A stretch of DNA of 64,000 nucleotides, from contig QHCD01000006.1 in NCBI GenBank assembly GCA_003244255.1, positions 18,894-82,893 on the forward strand, in the 5' to 3' direction. Both the position numbers and the translations under genes were made by a program. Shown here piece after piece: positions 44,751 through 55,151 of this stretch. The notes under the pieces were generated by a model that was not told the DNA's origin, searched no databases, and was given only the letters and a program-made list of their open reading frames with translations. Positions within the stretch are counted from its first letter, which is position 1. Every line of letters begins with the position of its first letter. This DNA is from Pseudonocardiales bacterium. GTDB lineage: Bacteria; Actinomycetota; Actinomycetes; Mycobacteriales; QHCD01.

Positions 44751-46754
44751 TCATGCCGCGAGTTCGGCGGGCAACGGGCCGTCGTGCAGGATCAGCAACG
44801 TCGACACGGCACGGGTCAGCACGATATAGAGCCGGCGCAGGCCGGAGAGCCGATCGGGTTCGGCAGCGACGATGCCGGCCGGGTCGACGACGACGGCGGC
44901 ATCGAACTCCAGTCCCTTGGCCGCACCCGACGGCACGACGGTGACCCGTGGGTCATACGCCATGGACAGCGCCCGCGCGCCCAGCGGCCGCAGCAGCGCG
45001 GCTACCCGCGCGAGGTGTGAATCGGCAACGATCACGCCGATCGACCCCTCGCCGCGTAGCAGCCGCGCGACTTCGCGGGCCAGTTCGGTGCTCCTCGCGA
45101 AGCTGAGCGCGCCGGCGCCCGGCCGCACGCTGGTCGCCGGCGCGAGGCCGGCTGCGATGTGCGGCAGGAGCCGGTTGGCGAGGTCGAGAATGCTGCCCGG
45201 CACGCGGTATCCCTCGGTGAGCGGGCAGAGCGTGGCGCCGGGCTGGCCCAGGTGGCGCAGTGTCGTCGGCCAGGCAGCCGGCGCCCACGGTGTGGTGGCC
45301 TGGGCGAGATCACCGAGCACCGTGAGCGAGCCGGCTGGACACCGGCGCGCGATCGCTCGGCACTGCATCGCCGAAAGGTCCTGCGCTTCGTCGACAACGA
45401 CGTGCGCGTACGCCGGCACGCCGTCGAGCCGACCGGCCAGCTCGTCGAGCAGCACGGCGTCGGCCGCCGACCATCGAGCGCGCCGCAAGGTCGCCGGCGC
45501 CGTCGGCCAGCCGAGACGCCGCTGCTCGTCGTCAGTCAGGATTCCCCTTGCACACCGGGCGAGGAACTCGGCGTCGGCGTAGAGGCGCAGTAGCAGCCCG
45601 GGTGCGGTCAGGGCTGGCCAGACGGCGTCGACGAAGGCCATCACCGGTTCGCTGCGCGCCACCTGCGCGGTCTCCCGGTCGGTCGGTGCACCCCCGGCGT
45701 CCTCGCGTTGCCGACCTACGTCGGCGGCGATGCGCTGCCGGAGCCGATCGCGACCGGACGACCAGCGGATGCCGCTGCGGCGGGCGTCGTCGACGTAGCG
45801 GCGCAGGGCCCGCTCCGGGATCCGGTAGCGCTTGCTGCCCACGACCACGACGACGTCAGACGTAGGGCGGCTCACCTGCGAGTGCACGGCCTTGTGCAAG
45901 ACGTCGGCGAGGCGTGCATCGCCTTTCAGCACGGCGATTGCGGGATCGTCGCTGCCGGTTACCGGCACGTGCGCGACGAGATCGTCGACCCGCGCTTGCG
46001 CGACGCCGACCTCACCCAGGGCCGGCAGCACCTGGGCGATGTAGTGCAGGAAGGCCTCGTTCGGCCCGACCACGAGCACGCCGGCGCGCCGTAGCCGGTC
46101 GGGGTAGGTGTAGAGGAGGTACGCGGCGCGGTGCAGGCCGACCGCTGTCTTGCCGGTACCAGGGGCCCCCTGGATGCACAGCGAGGTATCGAGGTCGGCG
46201 CGCACCAGCTCATCCTGATCCGGAGCGATCGTGGCGACGATGTCACGCATCGGGCCGACCCGCGGCCGCTCTATCTCCGCCGTCAGCAGCGTGGAACGGC
46301 CACGAAGGTCCTCGCCGCGATCGAGGTGCTCGTCCTCGAAGCTGGTGATGTCGCCGGCGCGGAAGCCGAAGCGGCGGCGCAGGCGCACGCCCATCGCGTC
46401 GGCCGCCGTGGCGCGGTAGAAGGCCCGCGCGATCGGTGCCCTCCAGTCGATGACAACCGGCTCGCCGTGGTCGTCGCGAAGGTGCCGTCGCCCGATGTGG
46501 AACGGCTCTGGATCGCCCGTGATGCTGGGGGAATCAGGGTCGTCGCGGTCGATCCGGCCGAAGAACGGCGGCGCATCGGGATCGGCGCAGAGCGCGGTGA
46601 GCCGCTCGGTGCGCATCCGGCCGAGCGTTTCGCTGCCTAGCTCGTCGGTGCCCCAATCGGCGATACCGGCCGCGCTCGAGCGCATGGCGTTCAGGCACTC
46701 GCGGGCCTGCTTGAGGTGCGCTCGCTCCGTCGCCAGCACCGCATCGCCGCCCAC
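44751..46754 (-). CDS. helD: UvrD-like SF1 helicase of the HelD family (RNA polymerase-associated)
   Basis: 667 aa. It has an N-terminal coiled-coil region, FGRID...FHIGRRH...VIDWRAP and Walker A GAPGTGKT, with a C-terminal UvrD_C-like region ending YIVLTRA. Confidence 0.75.
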   Translation of the reverse strand: MGGDAVLATERAHLKQARECLNAMRSSAAGIADWGTDELGSETLGRMRTERLTALCADPDAPPFFGRIDRDDPDSPSITGDPEPFHIGRRHLRDDHGEPVVIDWRAPIARAFYRATAADAMGVRLRRRFGFRAGDITSFEDEHLDRGEDLRGRSTLLTAEIERPRVGPMRDIVATIAPDQDELVRADLDTSLCIQGAPGTGKTAVGLHRAAYLLYTYPDRLRRAGVLVVGPNEAFLHYIAQVLPALGEVGVAQARVDDLVAHVPVTGSDDPAIAVLKGDARLADVLHKAVHSQVSRPTSDVVVVVGSKRYRIPERALRRYVDDARRSGIRWSSGRDRLRQRIAADVGRQREDAGGAPTDRETAQVARSEPVMAFVDAVWPALTAPGLLLRLYADAEFLARCARGILTDDEQRRLGWPTAPATLRRARWSAADAVLLDELAGRLDGVPAYAHVVVDEAQDLSAMQCRAIARRCPAGSLTVLGDLAQATTPWAPAAWPTTLRHLGQPGATLCPLTEGYRVPGSILDLANRLLPHIAAGLAPATSVRPGAGALSFARSTELAREVARLLRGEGSIGVIVADSHLARVAALLRPLGARALSMAYDPRVTVVPSGAAKGLEFDAAVVVDPAGIVAAEPDRLSGLRRLYIVLTRAVSTLLILHDGPLPAELAA

Positions 46755-46850
46755 GACTGGATAACGTTACGGCGCCGGGCAAGTGGTTTTCGCTCCTGAC
46801 GCCTCCGCGGAAACGATCGCGTCGGCGCCCCCGAGCGTGCGCCCGCCGGC

Positions 46851-47492
46851 TCAACCGATGCGCAAGGCAGCCAGCACGCCGTCGCCGGAGCCGACCAGGA
46901 CCGGCACCAGGGACTCGTTCTCGCGCACCGCGGCGGCGACCTCGCGGATCGCCACCGTCTCGTCGTCGTGGACCGATGCCTCGGCGGCGCGGTCGTGCCA
47001 GAGCATGTTGTCGAACGCGACGATCCCGCCAGGACGCAGCAGCCGCAGCGCCTCGGTGAGGTACTCGCCGTATTCGGTCTTGGCGGCGTCGGCGAACACC
47101 AGGTCGTACGCACCGTCGGTCAGCCGCGGCAACACCTGCAGGGCGGCGCCGTTGATCAGCCGCGCCCGTGGAGCGGGGATGCCGGCCTCGCCGAACGTCT
47201 CCCTCGCTGCGCGCTGGTGCTCGGTCTCGGTGTCGACGCTGGTCAGGACCCCGTCGGGATTCATCCCCCGCAGCAGCCACAGACCAGACACCCCGGTGCC
47301 GGTGCCGATCTCGACGGCGGCGCGCGCGCCCACCACGCTGGCCAGGAAGCGCAAGAACGCTCCGGCGGCCGGGCTGACCGGCACGCAGCCGAGTTCCTGA
47401 GCACGGGTGCGCGCCGCCCGCAACGGCTCGTCCTCGGGTAGGAAGGCCTCGACGTAGTCGCGGCTCGCTGCCAGACCGGCCGAACCGGGCAC
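46851..47492 (-). CDS. Class I SAM-dependent O-methyltransferase (caffeoyl-CoA OMT-like, Rv1220c-like)
   Basis: 213 aa, with the SAM motif VEIGTGTGVSGLWL and DLVFADA....Y..Y. Confidence 0.85.
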   Translation of the reverse strand: MPGSAGLAASRDYVEAFLPEDEPLRAARTRAQELGCVPVSPAAGAFLRFLASVVGARAAVEIGTGTGVSGLWLLRGMNPDGVLTSVDTETEHQRAARETFGEAGIPAPRARLINGAALQVLPRLTDGAYDLVFADAAKTEYGEYLTEALRLLRPGGIVAFDNMLWHDRAAEASVHDDETVAIREVAAAVRENESLVPVLVGSGDGVLAALRIG

Positions 47493-47568
47493 GGGACACC
47501 TCCTGCGTCAGCACGCTGTGGCTTGCGCAGCGAGCCTAGTGTCTCGATACGGGACACTGGCCGGGCGG

Positions 47569-47594
47569 GGAACGCCCGCGCCCCGCACCGCGTT
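47569..47594 (+). promoter_or_regulatory. ECF-type promoter GGAAC-N17-CGTT upstream of sigE
   Basis: GGAAC at 47569-47573 and CGTT at 47591-47594, with a 17-nt spacer. It lies about 180 nt upstream of the sigE start. It matches the SigH/SigE-class consensus (GGAAC ... CGTT). Confidence 0.4.
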
Positions 47595-47772
47595 CACCAG
47601 GCGGTGATCTCTGCGCAGAGCGCAGCGAGCACCGGGGGCTGTGGACTCGCTGAGAATCGGCGGGCCGAACGAGCGAAAGGCCAGGAGACACCGCACCATG
47701 GAGGCAACGTTCACACGGCGACCGATCGAGCGGTTGCCGCGTCTTCCAGGCGGTTCGGGGGGAGGGGATGTA

Positions 47773-48477
47773 ATGGCCGACCGGCCAGCGGCCGAGCAGC
47801 CGTATTCGGCGGTCACCGACGGACCCGACTGCCACGGGTGGGTTCCGCCGTCGTGGGACGAGGTCGTGCGGGAGCACTCCAGCCGCGTGTACCGCCTCGC
47901 CTACCGGCTCTCGGGCAACAAGCAGGACGCCGAAGACCTGACCCAGGAAACCTTCGTCCGGGTGTTCCGCTCGCTCGCCAACTACCGTCCGGGCACGTTC
48001 GAGGGCTGGCTGCACCGGATCACCACCAACCTGTTCCTGGACATGGTCCGACGCCGCCAGCGAATCCGCTTCGACGCCCTCGCCGAGGACAACGCCGGCG
48101 TACCCGGCGCGGCCCTGGCCGGCCGCGAGCCGAGCCCCGAGCAGGCATACGCCGACGCGCACCTTGACCCCGACGTGCAGCGGGCGCTGGACGCGCTGCC
48201 ACCGGACTTCCGGGTCGCGGTCGTGCTGTGCGACATCGAAGGCCTGACCTACGAAGAGATCGCGGCCACGCTCGACATCAAGCTCGGAACCGTGCGCAGC
48301 CGGATCCACCGTGGCCGGCTGGCGCTCCGGCAGACGCTCGCTCACCGCGCGCCGAGCGCGGCTGCGGCGGCCGCGGCGACCTTGAGCGCCGCTGAGACGG
48401 CCGGGCGGGCGGCGCCCCTCGTGGCGTCGCCTCGACGCGTCCCGGGCGTCACGCCGGCATTCGGAGCCGGCTCGTGA
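47773..48477 (+). CDS. sigE: ECF RNA polymerase sigma factor SigE
   Basis: ATG 47773 (GGGGGAGGGG upstream) within ORF 47641..48477. Region 2 is [14 protein letters not shown]...F..WL.RI..N. Region 4 is [25 protein letters not shown]. It is followed by rseA-htrA-tatB. Confidence 0.88.
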   Translation: MADRPAAEQPYSAVTDGPDCHGWVPPSWDEVVREHSSRVYRLAYRLSGNKQDAEDLTQETFVRVFRSLANYRPGTFEGWLHRITTNLFLDMVRRRQRIRFDALAEDNAGVPGAALAGREPSPEQAYADAHLDPDVQRALDALPPDFRVAVVLCDIEGLTYEEIAATLDIKLGTVRSRIHRGRLALRQTLAHRAPSAAAAAAATLSAAETAGRAAPLVASPRRVPGVTPAFGAGS

Positions 48478-49145
48478 GCCGCGCCGACACCCACCTGTCG
48501 GCGGACGCCGTCGTCGCCTACGTCGACGACGAGCTGGCGCCGACACCGCTGCGCCGGACCATCGCGCATCTCGACTACTGCCGCGAATGCCGTGTCGCCG
48601 TCGTCGCGCAGCGCGCCGCAAAGGGTGCGCTGTCGGCGATCGGCGGTCCGGCACCGTCGGTCGACTTCCTCGCGCGGCTGCGCGAGATCCCGTTCACCGA
48701 CGACCTCGGCGCAGGGCCGTTCGACGCCGACGACTTCGGTACCCGCGACGTCGCGCTAGCCGTGACCGGCGACTCGTTCGTCTACGCCGCCCGTGGCGCG
48801 CAGCTCGTCGATGCCGCCCCGGTGCCGGCCCCGGTGCCGGCGGTGCCGCCCGTCGAAAGCTCGTGGCTGCGCCCGGCCGGCGCGTCGATGACGTCGCACC
48901 CGCACCTGTTCCGGCGCGGGCTGATCGGTGCCGCGGCGGCGGCGATGGTTGTCGGAGCACTCGCGGCCGCACCGATCGCGTCGTCGGCCGGCACCACGCC
49001 CAGCGGTGACGGTATCGGCTCGCCCGGTGGAACGGCCGCACCGACGAATGCGTCGTTCTCGCAGGTGACCGGTGAGCGGCTGATGATGCGTGGCGGCCCG
49101 GTCGAGACGGCGAGCGATACCTCGACGCTGGTCCGGCCGCGCTAG
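48474..49145 (+). CDS. rseA: Anti-sigma-E factor RseA (zinc-associated anti-sigma)
   Basis: GTGA overlap with the sigE stop. The N-terminal ZAS motif is H..YC.EC (HLDYCRECR). Confidence 0.75.
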   Translation: MSRADTHLSADAVVAYVDDELAPTPLRRTIAHLDYCRECRVAVVAQRAAKGALSAIGGPAPSVDFLARLREIPFTDDLGAGPFDADDFGTRDVALAVTGDSFVYAARGAQLVDAAPVPAPVPAVPPVESSWLRPAGASMTSHPHLFRRGLIGAAAAAMVVGALAAAPIASSAGTTPSGDGIGSPGGTAAPTNASFSQVTGERLMMRGGPVETASDTSTLVRPR

Positions 49146-49212
49146 CCCGTCCCCACCGGTTGTCGCCGAAGGGTGACGATGAGGCAGGCTGGACGGCAGC
49201 GAGAGGAGGGCG

Positions 49213-50775
49213 ATGACGGACTACCGTGCGCAGGACGACGCGTTCCGCCCGCCGCCGCCCGGTTCACCCCAGGCGCAACCGCCGAACTCTTCGCCGCAGC
49301 CGCTGGTCAAGCCGGCGGTGACACCTGCCGTGGCGTCGGCCTTCGGGCGGCCACCCGGGGTCGACTCTTCGTTCGGCCGGCTGGCACCACCGGCACCAGC
49401 CCCGGCACCGCCGCCGTACGCCGCGCCGCCACCCGCCGTGGCGGCGGCGTTCGGCCGTCCCCCGGGTTCCGACGACGGTCTCGACCCCGCCCGCCCGTAC
49501 TTCGACGGCGCCGCGACCGGTCCGTCGCCGTGGTGGCATGACTCGGCTCTCGTCGACCCCTGGCGTGATCCGGTGTCGCCGGCCAGCCTCGGCGCGCCCC
49601 CGTCGATGGAGGACGCCGAGCCCGATGCGGAGCCGGCCGCCGAACCTGCCAGCGCGGCCGAGCGGGCCCGCAGGCGCTGGCAGCTGCCTGGCGCATCGCT
49701 GACCGCGCTCGCCGTCATCCTGTTCTCCGCCGTGGTGCTGGCCGTGGGCGGCGGCGTCACCGGGTTCGCGCTCGCCGAGCATTACAGCGGCAGCCCGCTG
49801 TTCGACAAGCACGTCCACCTGACCGAGGCCACGCCGTCGATCGAGCGGCCGCCCGGTTCGGTTGCCGACATCGCCCGCAAGGTGCTGCCCTCCGTGGTGT
49901 CCATCCACGTGCACACCCCGCAGGTGGATGGCACCGGCTCCGGCGTCGTCGTCAGCGACACGGGCTACATCCTGACCAACAACCATGTCGTGTCGCTGGC
50001 GGCATCCGGTGGCACGGTGCGCGTCGTGTTCAACGACCAGTCCTCCACGCCGGCCCGGATTGTCGGCCGCGATCCGAAGACCGACCTTGCCGTGATCAAG
50101 GTCGAGACGAAGACCCTGACCGTGGCGCGGTTGGGCGACTCGAGCAAGCTCGTCGTCGGAGACGCCGTGCTGGCCGTCGGTTCGCCGCTGGACCTACCTG
50201 GCACCGTGACCGAGGGCATCGTCAGTGCGCTGGACCGGCCGGTGCACCTCGCCGGCGAAGGCAGCGACACCAACGCCGTCATCGACGCCATCCAGACCGA
50301 TGCCGCTATCAACCCCGGCAACTCCGGTGGGCCGCTCGTCGACTCCAGCGGTGCGGTCGTTGGCATCAACTCCGCGATCGCCACCGCACCCGGTACCAAC
50401 GGCTCGTCGTCGAGCGGCAACATCGGGGTCGGCTTCGCGATCCCCATCAACGCCGCCCGCGCGGTTGCCGGACAGCTGATCCGGACCGGACACGTCGTGC
50501 ACCCGACGTTGGGTGTGAACACGCGCTCGGTCACCGACCTCGGCAGCCGCGGCGACAGCGGCGCACAGGTCGAGGACGTCGTGGCCGGCGGGCCGGCGGC
50601 GAAGGCCGGCGTGCACGAGGGCGACGTCATCGTCGCCGTCGACGGCATTCCCGTCGGCAGCTCCGATGCGCTGCAGGTCGCGGTCGGCAAGCACCAGGTC
50701 GGCGACCAGATCCGCCTCACCGTCGACCGGCGAGGCGCGACCAAGACGCTGGCCGCCACGCTGCAGTCGGACTGA
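49213..50775 (+). CDS. htrA: HtrA/PepD-family serine protease with a PDZ domain
   Basis: It has a Pro/Ala-rich cytoplasmic tail and a TM helix. The catalytic triad blocks are TNNHV, DLAVIK and GNSGGPL. A C-terminal PDZ domain is present. Confidence 0.88.
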   Translation: MTDYRAQDDAFRPPPPGSPQAQPPNSSPQPLVKPAVTPAVASAFGRPPGVDSSFGRLAPPAPAPAPPPYAAPPPAVAAAFGRPPGSDDGLDPARPYFDGAATGPSPWWHDSALVDPWRDPVSPASLGAPPSMEDAEPDAEPAAEPASAAERARRRWQLPGASLTALAVILFSAVVLAVGGGVTGFALAEHYSGSPLFDKHVHLTEATPSIERPPGSVADIARKVLPSVVSIHVHTPQVDGTGSGVVVSDTGYILTNNHVVSLAASGGTVRVVFNDQSSTPARIVGRDPKTDLAVIKVETKTLTVARLGDSSKLVVGDAVLAVGSPLDLPGTVTEGIVSALDRPVHLAGEGSDTNAVIDAIQTDAAINPGNSGGPLVDSSGAVVGINSAIATAPGTNGSSSSGNIGVGFAIPINAARAVAGQLIRTGHVVHPTLGVNTRSVTDLGSRGDSGAQVEDVVAGGPAAKAGVHEGDVIVAVDGIPVGSSDALQVAVGKHQVGDQIRLTVDRRGATKTLAATLQSD

Positions 50776-50874
50776 ACCGGCGGTCGGCGCCGCCCCGAAC
50801 GTCAGCAGGGAGGCCTCAGCGGGATACCCTGAGGTCAGCAGCTGCGCGAATACGGGGTGGGACGGAGAACGCGG

Positions 50875-51231
50875 GTGTTCAACTCGATCGGCTGGGGCGA
50901 GATCCTGATCCTGGTCGTCATCGGTCTGGTGATCTTCGGCCCGGACCGGTTGCCGCAGCTGTCGAAGGACGCGGCCAAGATGCTCCGCCAGGTGCGCAAC
51001 GTCGCCCAAGGAGCGCGCACCCACCTGAAGTCCGAGCTCGGCCCCGAGTTCGGTGACCTGGACTTCGATTCGCTGAACCCCAAGTCGTTTGTCCGTAAGC
51101 ACCTGCTCGAGGACTTCGACGACCCGTTCGGTACCAACGACGAACCCGCCGAGGTCGCCGGTGCCGTGCGCACCGTCCAGCGGTCGTTGGGGCCCGGCGA
51201 GGCCGCGCCCTTCGACTCCGACGCGACCTGA
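50875..51231 (+). CDS. tatB: Sec-independent protein translocase TatB
   Basis: GTG 50875: (M)FNSIGWGEILILVVIGLVIFGPDRLP, followed by an amphipathic helix. Confidence 0.85.
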   Translation: MFNSIGWGEILILVVIGLVIFGPDRLPQLSKDAAKMLRQVRNVAQGARTHLKSELGPEFGDLDFDSLNPKSFVRKHLLEDFDDPFGTNDEPAEVAGAVRTVQRSLGPGEAAPFDSDAT

Positions 51232-51881
51232 TGCGGGCGCCCGCGCGCCTGTTGCTCGCTGGAGTCGCCGTAGCGGTACTCGCCGGCTGCGGCGCCAGTG
51301 CGCACCCGAGCCGTGACGTCACCCGCTCGGCGTCCACCGTGTCGGCACCGCCCCACGCGACTGCGACGTCAACCGCGCCCGCACTGCCCCCCGCGACACT
51401 GCCGCCCAGGACGAGAATGGCGCCGTCCGCCCACGCGCGGCCGCCCGCGACGAGAACGCCGCTGCCCGCGACACCGCCGCCGCTCGCGACTCCGTCGTCC
51501 CGCCAGGCGGTGTCGGAGCTGACCGCGGCCGAGCGCGCTGCCTGCCCGGCGCGGGCAATGGCGTGCGTGAACGTCGGCGCCAAGCTCGCCTGGTTGCAGC
51601 ACGACGGCGTGCTCAGTTACGGCCCGGTGCCGATCGCAACCGGACGGCCCGGCCTGGAGACACCGCGGGGCACGTTCACGGTGCTGCGCAAGTACGTACA
51701 TCACGTGAGCAGCTATTACGGGCAGCCGATGCCCTACTCGGTGTTCTTCACCGACTACGGCATCGCCTTCCACGAAGGGCCGCTGGACACCTCGTCGCAC
51801 GGTTGCGTGCACCTGACCCGGACCGCGGCGCCGAAGTTCTACGCCGCGCTCGCCTACGGCGACGAGGTCGTCGTCGCCTGA
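51231..51881 (+). CDS. L,D-transpeptidase (YkuD-domain) lipoprotein
   Basis: ATG overlaps the tatB stop. It has the lipobox VLAGC, a Pro/Thr/Ala linker, and the YkuD catalytic motif HEGPLDTSSHGCVHL. Confidence 0.75.
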   Translation: MRAPARLLLAGVAVAVLAGCGASAHPSRDVTRSASTVSAPPHATATSTAPALPPATLPPRTRMAPSAHARPPATRTPLPATPPPLATPSSRQAVSELTAAERAACPARAMACVNVGAKLAWLQHDGVLSYGPVPIATGRPGLETPRGTFTVLRKYVHHVSSYYGQPMPYSVFFTDYGIAFHEGPLDTSSHGCVHLTRTAAPKFYAALAYGDEVVVA

Positions 51882-51947
51882 CCCGAGATCGCATGTCACC
51901 ACCGCGACACGCCGTCGGCGGGGTGGTCAACTGCGATCTCGGCGAGG

Positions 51948-53132
51948 TTAGCGGCTCACCGGGGTGAGACCGAGCGACCGACCGGCCAGGCCCCGCTCCC
52001 GCACCGCTAGTCCGTCGGCCACTCGGGCCAGGGCCATCGCCGCGGGTGACTGGGGATCGGAGAGCACCAGCGGTCGCCCGTCGTCGCCGCCCTCGCGCAG
52101 CCGCACGTCGATCGGGATCGAACCGAGCATCGGCACAACGGAGCCGATCGACTGCGTGAGAGAGTCGGCCACCGCCTGGCCGCCGCCGGAGCCGAAGATC
52201 TCCACCAGCTCGCCGCAGTGCGGGCACGGCATGCCGGACATGTTCTCGACGACGCCGGCGATCCGTTGGTGGGTCTGCAGGGCGATGCTGCCAGCGCGCT
52301 CGGCCACTTCGCGGGCGGCAAGCTGCGGCGTCGTCACGATCAGGATCTCGGCTGTGGGCACCAGCTGCGCCACCGAGATCGCGATGTCGCCGGTGCCGGG
52401 CGGCAGGTCCATCAGCAGCACGTCGAGGTCGCCCCAGTAGACGTCGGCGAGGAACTGCTGCAGTGCCCGGTGCAGCATCGGGCCGCGCCAGACCACCGCG
52501 GTATTTCCTGAGGTGAACATGCCGATCGAGATGACCTTCACTCCGTAGGCCGACGGCGGCATGATCATCGACTCGACCTGCGTCGGCCGGCCGGTGACGC
52601 CGAGCATCCGCGGCACGCTGTGCCCATAGATGTCGGCGTCGACGACACCAACCGACAGTCCACGCGCGGCGAGCGAGACCGCCAGGTTCACCGTCACGCT
52701 GGACTTCCCGACGCCGCCCTTGCCGGATGCGACGGCGAACACGCGCGTCAGTGACTCCGGCTGCGCGAACGGGATCACCGGCGCCGGCGAGCCGCCGCGC
52801 AGCTTCTGCTGCAGGTCCTTGCGCTGCTGCTCGCTCATCACGTCGAGCTGCACCCGCACCGCCGTCACGCCCGGCACCGCGCCGACCGCCGCGGTGACGT
52901 CGCGGGTGATCTTCTCCCGCAGCGGACAGCCCACGACGGTCAGCAGGACGGTCACCGTTACGGCGCCGTCGTCGGCGATGTCGACGGCGTGGACCATGTC
53001 GAGGTCGGTGATCGGGCGGTGGATCTCAGGGTCGTCGACGGTGGCCAGCGCGGCCTGGATACGCGCGGTGTCGGGCAGGGTCGTCGTGGGCATCAGCATC
53101 CGGTCCGGGTGGGCGATCTGTGACGCACTCAA
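51948..53132 (-). CDS. mrp: Fe-S cluster carrier ATPase Mrp/ApbC
   Basis: It has an N-terminal DUF59-like region (DPEIHRPITDLDMV), the deviant Walker A VASGKGGVGKSS and the CPHC motif. Confidence 0.9.
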   Translation of the reverse strand: MSASQIAHPDRMLMPTTTLPDTARIQAALATVDDPEIHRPITDLDMVHAVDIADDGAVTVTVLLTVVGCPLREKITRDVTAAVGAVPGVTAVRVQLDVMSEQQRKDLQQKLRGGSPAPVIPFAQPESLTRVFAVASGKGGVGKSSVTVNLAVSLAARGLSVGVVDADIYGHSVPRMLGVTGRPTQVESMIMPPSAYGVKVISIGMFTSGNTAVVWRGPMLHRALQQFLADVYWGDLDVLLMDLPPGTGDIAISVAQLVPTAEILIVTTPQLAAREVAERAGSIALQTHQRIAGVVENMSGMPCPHCGELVEIFGSGGGQAVADSLTQSIGSVVPMLGSIPIDVRLREGGDDGRPLVLSDPQSPAAMALARVADGLAVRERGLAGRSLGLTPVSR

Positions 53133-53134
53133 TA

Positions 53135-53671
53135 CTACGGCGGCGCGAATCCGCCCGATCCGGCGTCGGCTTCCGGGTCCTCCGACGTGATCGTCTCCAC
53201 CATCCGGGTCAGTTCGGACCGGACGAAGTCGCGGGTCGCCACGTCGCCGAGCGCGATCCGGATCGCGGCTATCTCGCGCGCCAGGTAGTCAGAAGTCTCA
53301 CCCGACCGCGCGTTCTGTACTCGATCCTCCTCGAGGGAGACGCGGTCGCGGTGGGCCTGACGGTTCTGCGCCAGCAGGATCAGTGGCGCCGCGTACGCCG
53401 CCTGGGTGGAGAAGGCCAGGTTCAGCAGGATGAACGGGTATGGATCGAAGTGGTTCCCGTGCTGCTTGTTACCGAGGTACACGTTCGCTGCGATCCACAC
53501 GACGACGAGGATCGACTGCATCACCAGGAAACGGGCGGTGCCGAAGAACCGGGCGAGGCGTTCGGAGAACCGGCCGAACGTGTCGTCGTCCAGCCCGACG
53601 TGCAGCCGGCGGCCGGTGCCCTTCGGCTGATCGAGCAGCCGGCCCCGGCGGGCCGCGGGTCCCTCAGGCAT
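53135..53671 (-). CDS. DUF1003-domain membrane protein
   Basis: 178 aa, with FG.FSE.LARF.GT..F...........W........FDPYPFILLNL.FS.QAAYAAP.IL..QNRQ..RD. Confidence 0.75.
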   Translation of the reverse strand: MPEGPAARRGRLLDQPKGTGRRLHVGLDDDTFGRFSERLARFFGTARFLVMQSILVVVWIAANVYLGNKQHGNHFDPYPFILLNLAFSTQAAYAAPLILLAQNRQAHRDRVSLEEDRVQNARSGETSDYLAREIAAIRIALGDVATRDFVRSELTRMVETITSEDPEADAGSGGFAPP

Positions 53672-54908
53672 CGGACCTCCGATCCCGCCAACCCTCGGGC
53701 AGCAGCGCGTCGAGGATGTCGTCGACCGTCACCGCCCCGACCAGCCGGTCGCTGTCGTCGACGACCGCCGCGGCGACCAGGTTGTAGGTCGCGAGCATGC
53801 GGGTGACCTCGGTGAGCGGCGTGTCCGGCCGCAGCGGCTCCAGGTCGCGGTCGACCACACCGCTCACCAGCGCCGACGGCGGTTCGCGGAGCAACCGCTG
53901 GGTGTGCGCGGCACCGAGGTAGCGGCCGGTTGGAGTGTCCGACGGCGGCCGGCAGACGAACACCTGGCTCGCGAGCGCCGGCGACAGGTCGGGGTTGCGC
54001 ACCCGGGCAAGCGCCTCGGCCACGGTGGCGTCGGGGGAGAGGATCAGCGGCTCGCTGGTCATCAGGCCGCCGGCGACGTCGTCGGCGTAGATCATCAGCC
54101 GTCGTACCGGTGCCGCCTCCTCCGGTTCCATCAGGGCGAGCAGCCGGTCGCGGTCGCCTTCGGGGAGCTCGGCGAGCAGGTCGGCGGCGTCGTCGGGATC
54201 CATCGCCTCCAGCACGTCGGCCGCGCGGTCCTCCGGCAGCGCGGACAGGATGCTGACCTGATCGTCCTCGTCGAGCTCTTCCAGCACGTCGGCGAGCCGG
54301 TCGTCGTCTAGGGCCGCCGCGACCTCGCCGCGGCGCTTCGCCGGCATGTCTGAGAGCGTCGCCGCGACGTCGGGGGGACGCATCGTCGCCAGCACGGTCA
54401 GCAGGTGCTCGGCGCCCTGGTCGGTCTCGGCCACCGGCATGCCGGCGATCTCGTCCCAGCTGCACTGCCGGAGCTGCCCGCGCCGCCCGAGCCGGCCGCC
54501 GGGCTCGCGCACCGCGAGCCGGGTGATCTCCCAGTCGCGGTTGCGCGCCTGCTCCATCGCGGCGTCGACGACGACGACCGTCGCGCCGGTCTCGGTGATC
54601 GTCACCCGTCGGTCGAGGAGCTCGCCCAGCACCAGCTGTTCGACCGACCGCTGCTCGAAGCGCTTGAGGTTCACCGTGCCGGTGGCGAGGACTATCGCTG
54701 CGGCATCGATGCTGGTCACCCGCCCGATCGGCACGAAGATTCGTCGGCGGTGCTGGATCTCGACCAGCAGTCCCAGCACCCGCGGTGGCTGCCGGCCGGG
54801 CCGGGTGATGACGACGACATCGCGCAGCCGCCCGACGTTGTCGCCGCTCGGGTCGATGACCGGAAGGCCGGCGAGGCGGGTGATGAAGACTTTGGCGCTG
54901 GCGGCCAC
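53664..54908 (-). CDS. Soluble MgtE-N domain + CBS-pair protein (Rv1232c-like), no transporter TM domain
   Basis: It has an N-terminal PRC-barrel-like segment, acidic MgtE_N repeats (DVLEELDEDDQVSILSALPEDRAADVLEAMDPDDAADLLAEL) and a C-terminal CBS pair. Its stop overlaps the DUF1003 start. Confidence 0.75.
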   Translation of the reverse strand: MAASAKVFITRLAGLPVIDPSGDNVGRLRDVVVITRPGRQPPRVLGLLVEIQHRRRIFVPIGRVTSIDAAAIVLATGTVNLKRFEQRSVEQLVLGELLDRRVTITETGATVVVVDAAMEQARNRDWEITRLAVREPGGRLGRRGQLRQCSWDEIAGMPVAETDQGAEHLLTVLATMRPPDVAATLSDMPAKRRGEVAAALDDDRLADVLEELDEDDQVSILSALPEDRAADVLEAMDPDDAADLLAELPEGDRDRLLALMEPEEAAPVRRLMIYADDVAGGLMTSEPLILSPDATVAEALARVRNPDLSPALASQVFVCRPPSDTPTGRYLGAAHTQRLLREPPSALVSGVVDRDLEPLRPDTPLTEVTRMLATYNLVAAAVVDDSDRLVGAVTVDDILDALLPEGWRDRRSDA

Positions 54909-55151
54909 ACCGCGAGATTACCGGCGGGCCGGGCAGTTCCGCGGTTGCCGAGCGGGTGCGCGGTGCGACCGATGGACGACCAGCTGGGCGACCGGATTCG
55001 CTCCGCCCCGGCGGTCGAGCACTCCGGGGTGCCACGATAGGATTGGAAATACCCACAATCGGGTAGATGCCGGGCGCGAGCGGAACGCCTCGTCTCCAGC
55101 CGGCGTCTGACCCGCAGATCGCAGCTTCCTGCCCGCGAGGAGGTCCACACC

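Noticed and set aside
55043-55069. TTGGAA-N15-TAGATG promoter-like sequence upstream of the secreted-protein gene
   Set aside because: The 15-nt spacer is suboptimal and the -10 is weak (it is not TANNNT). That is too speculative to list as a feature.
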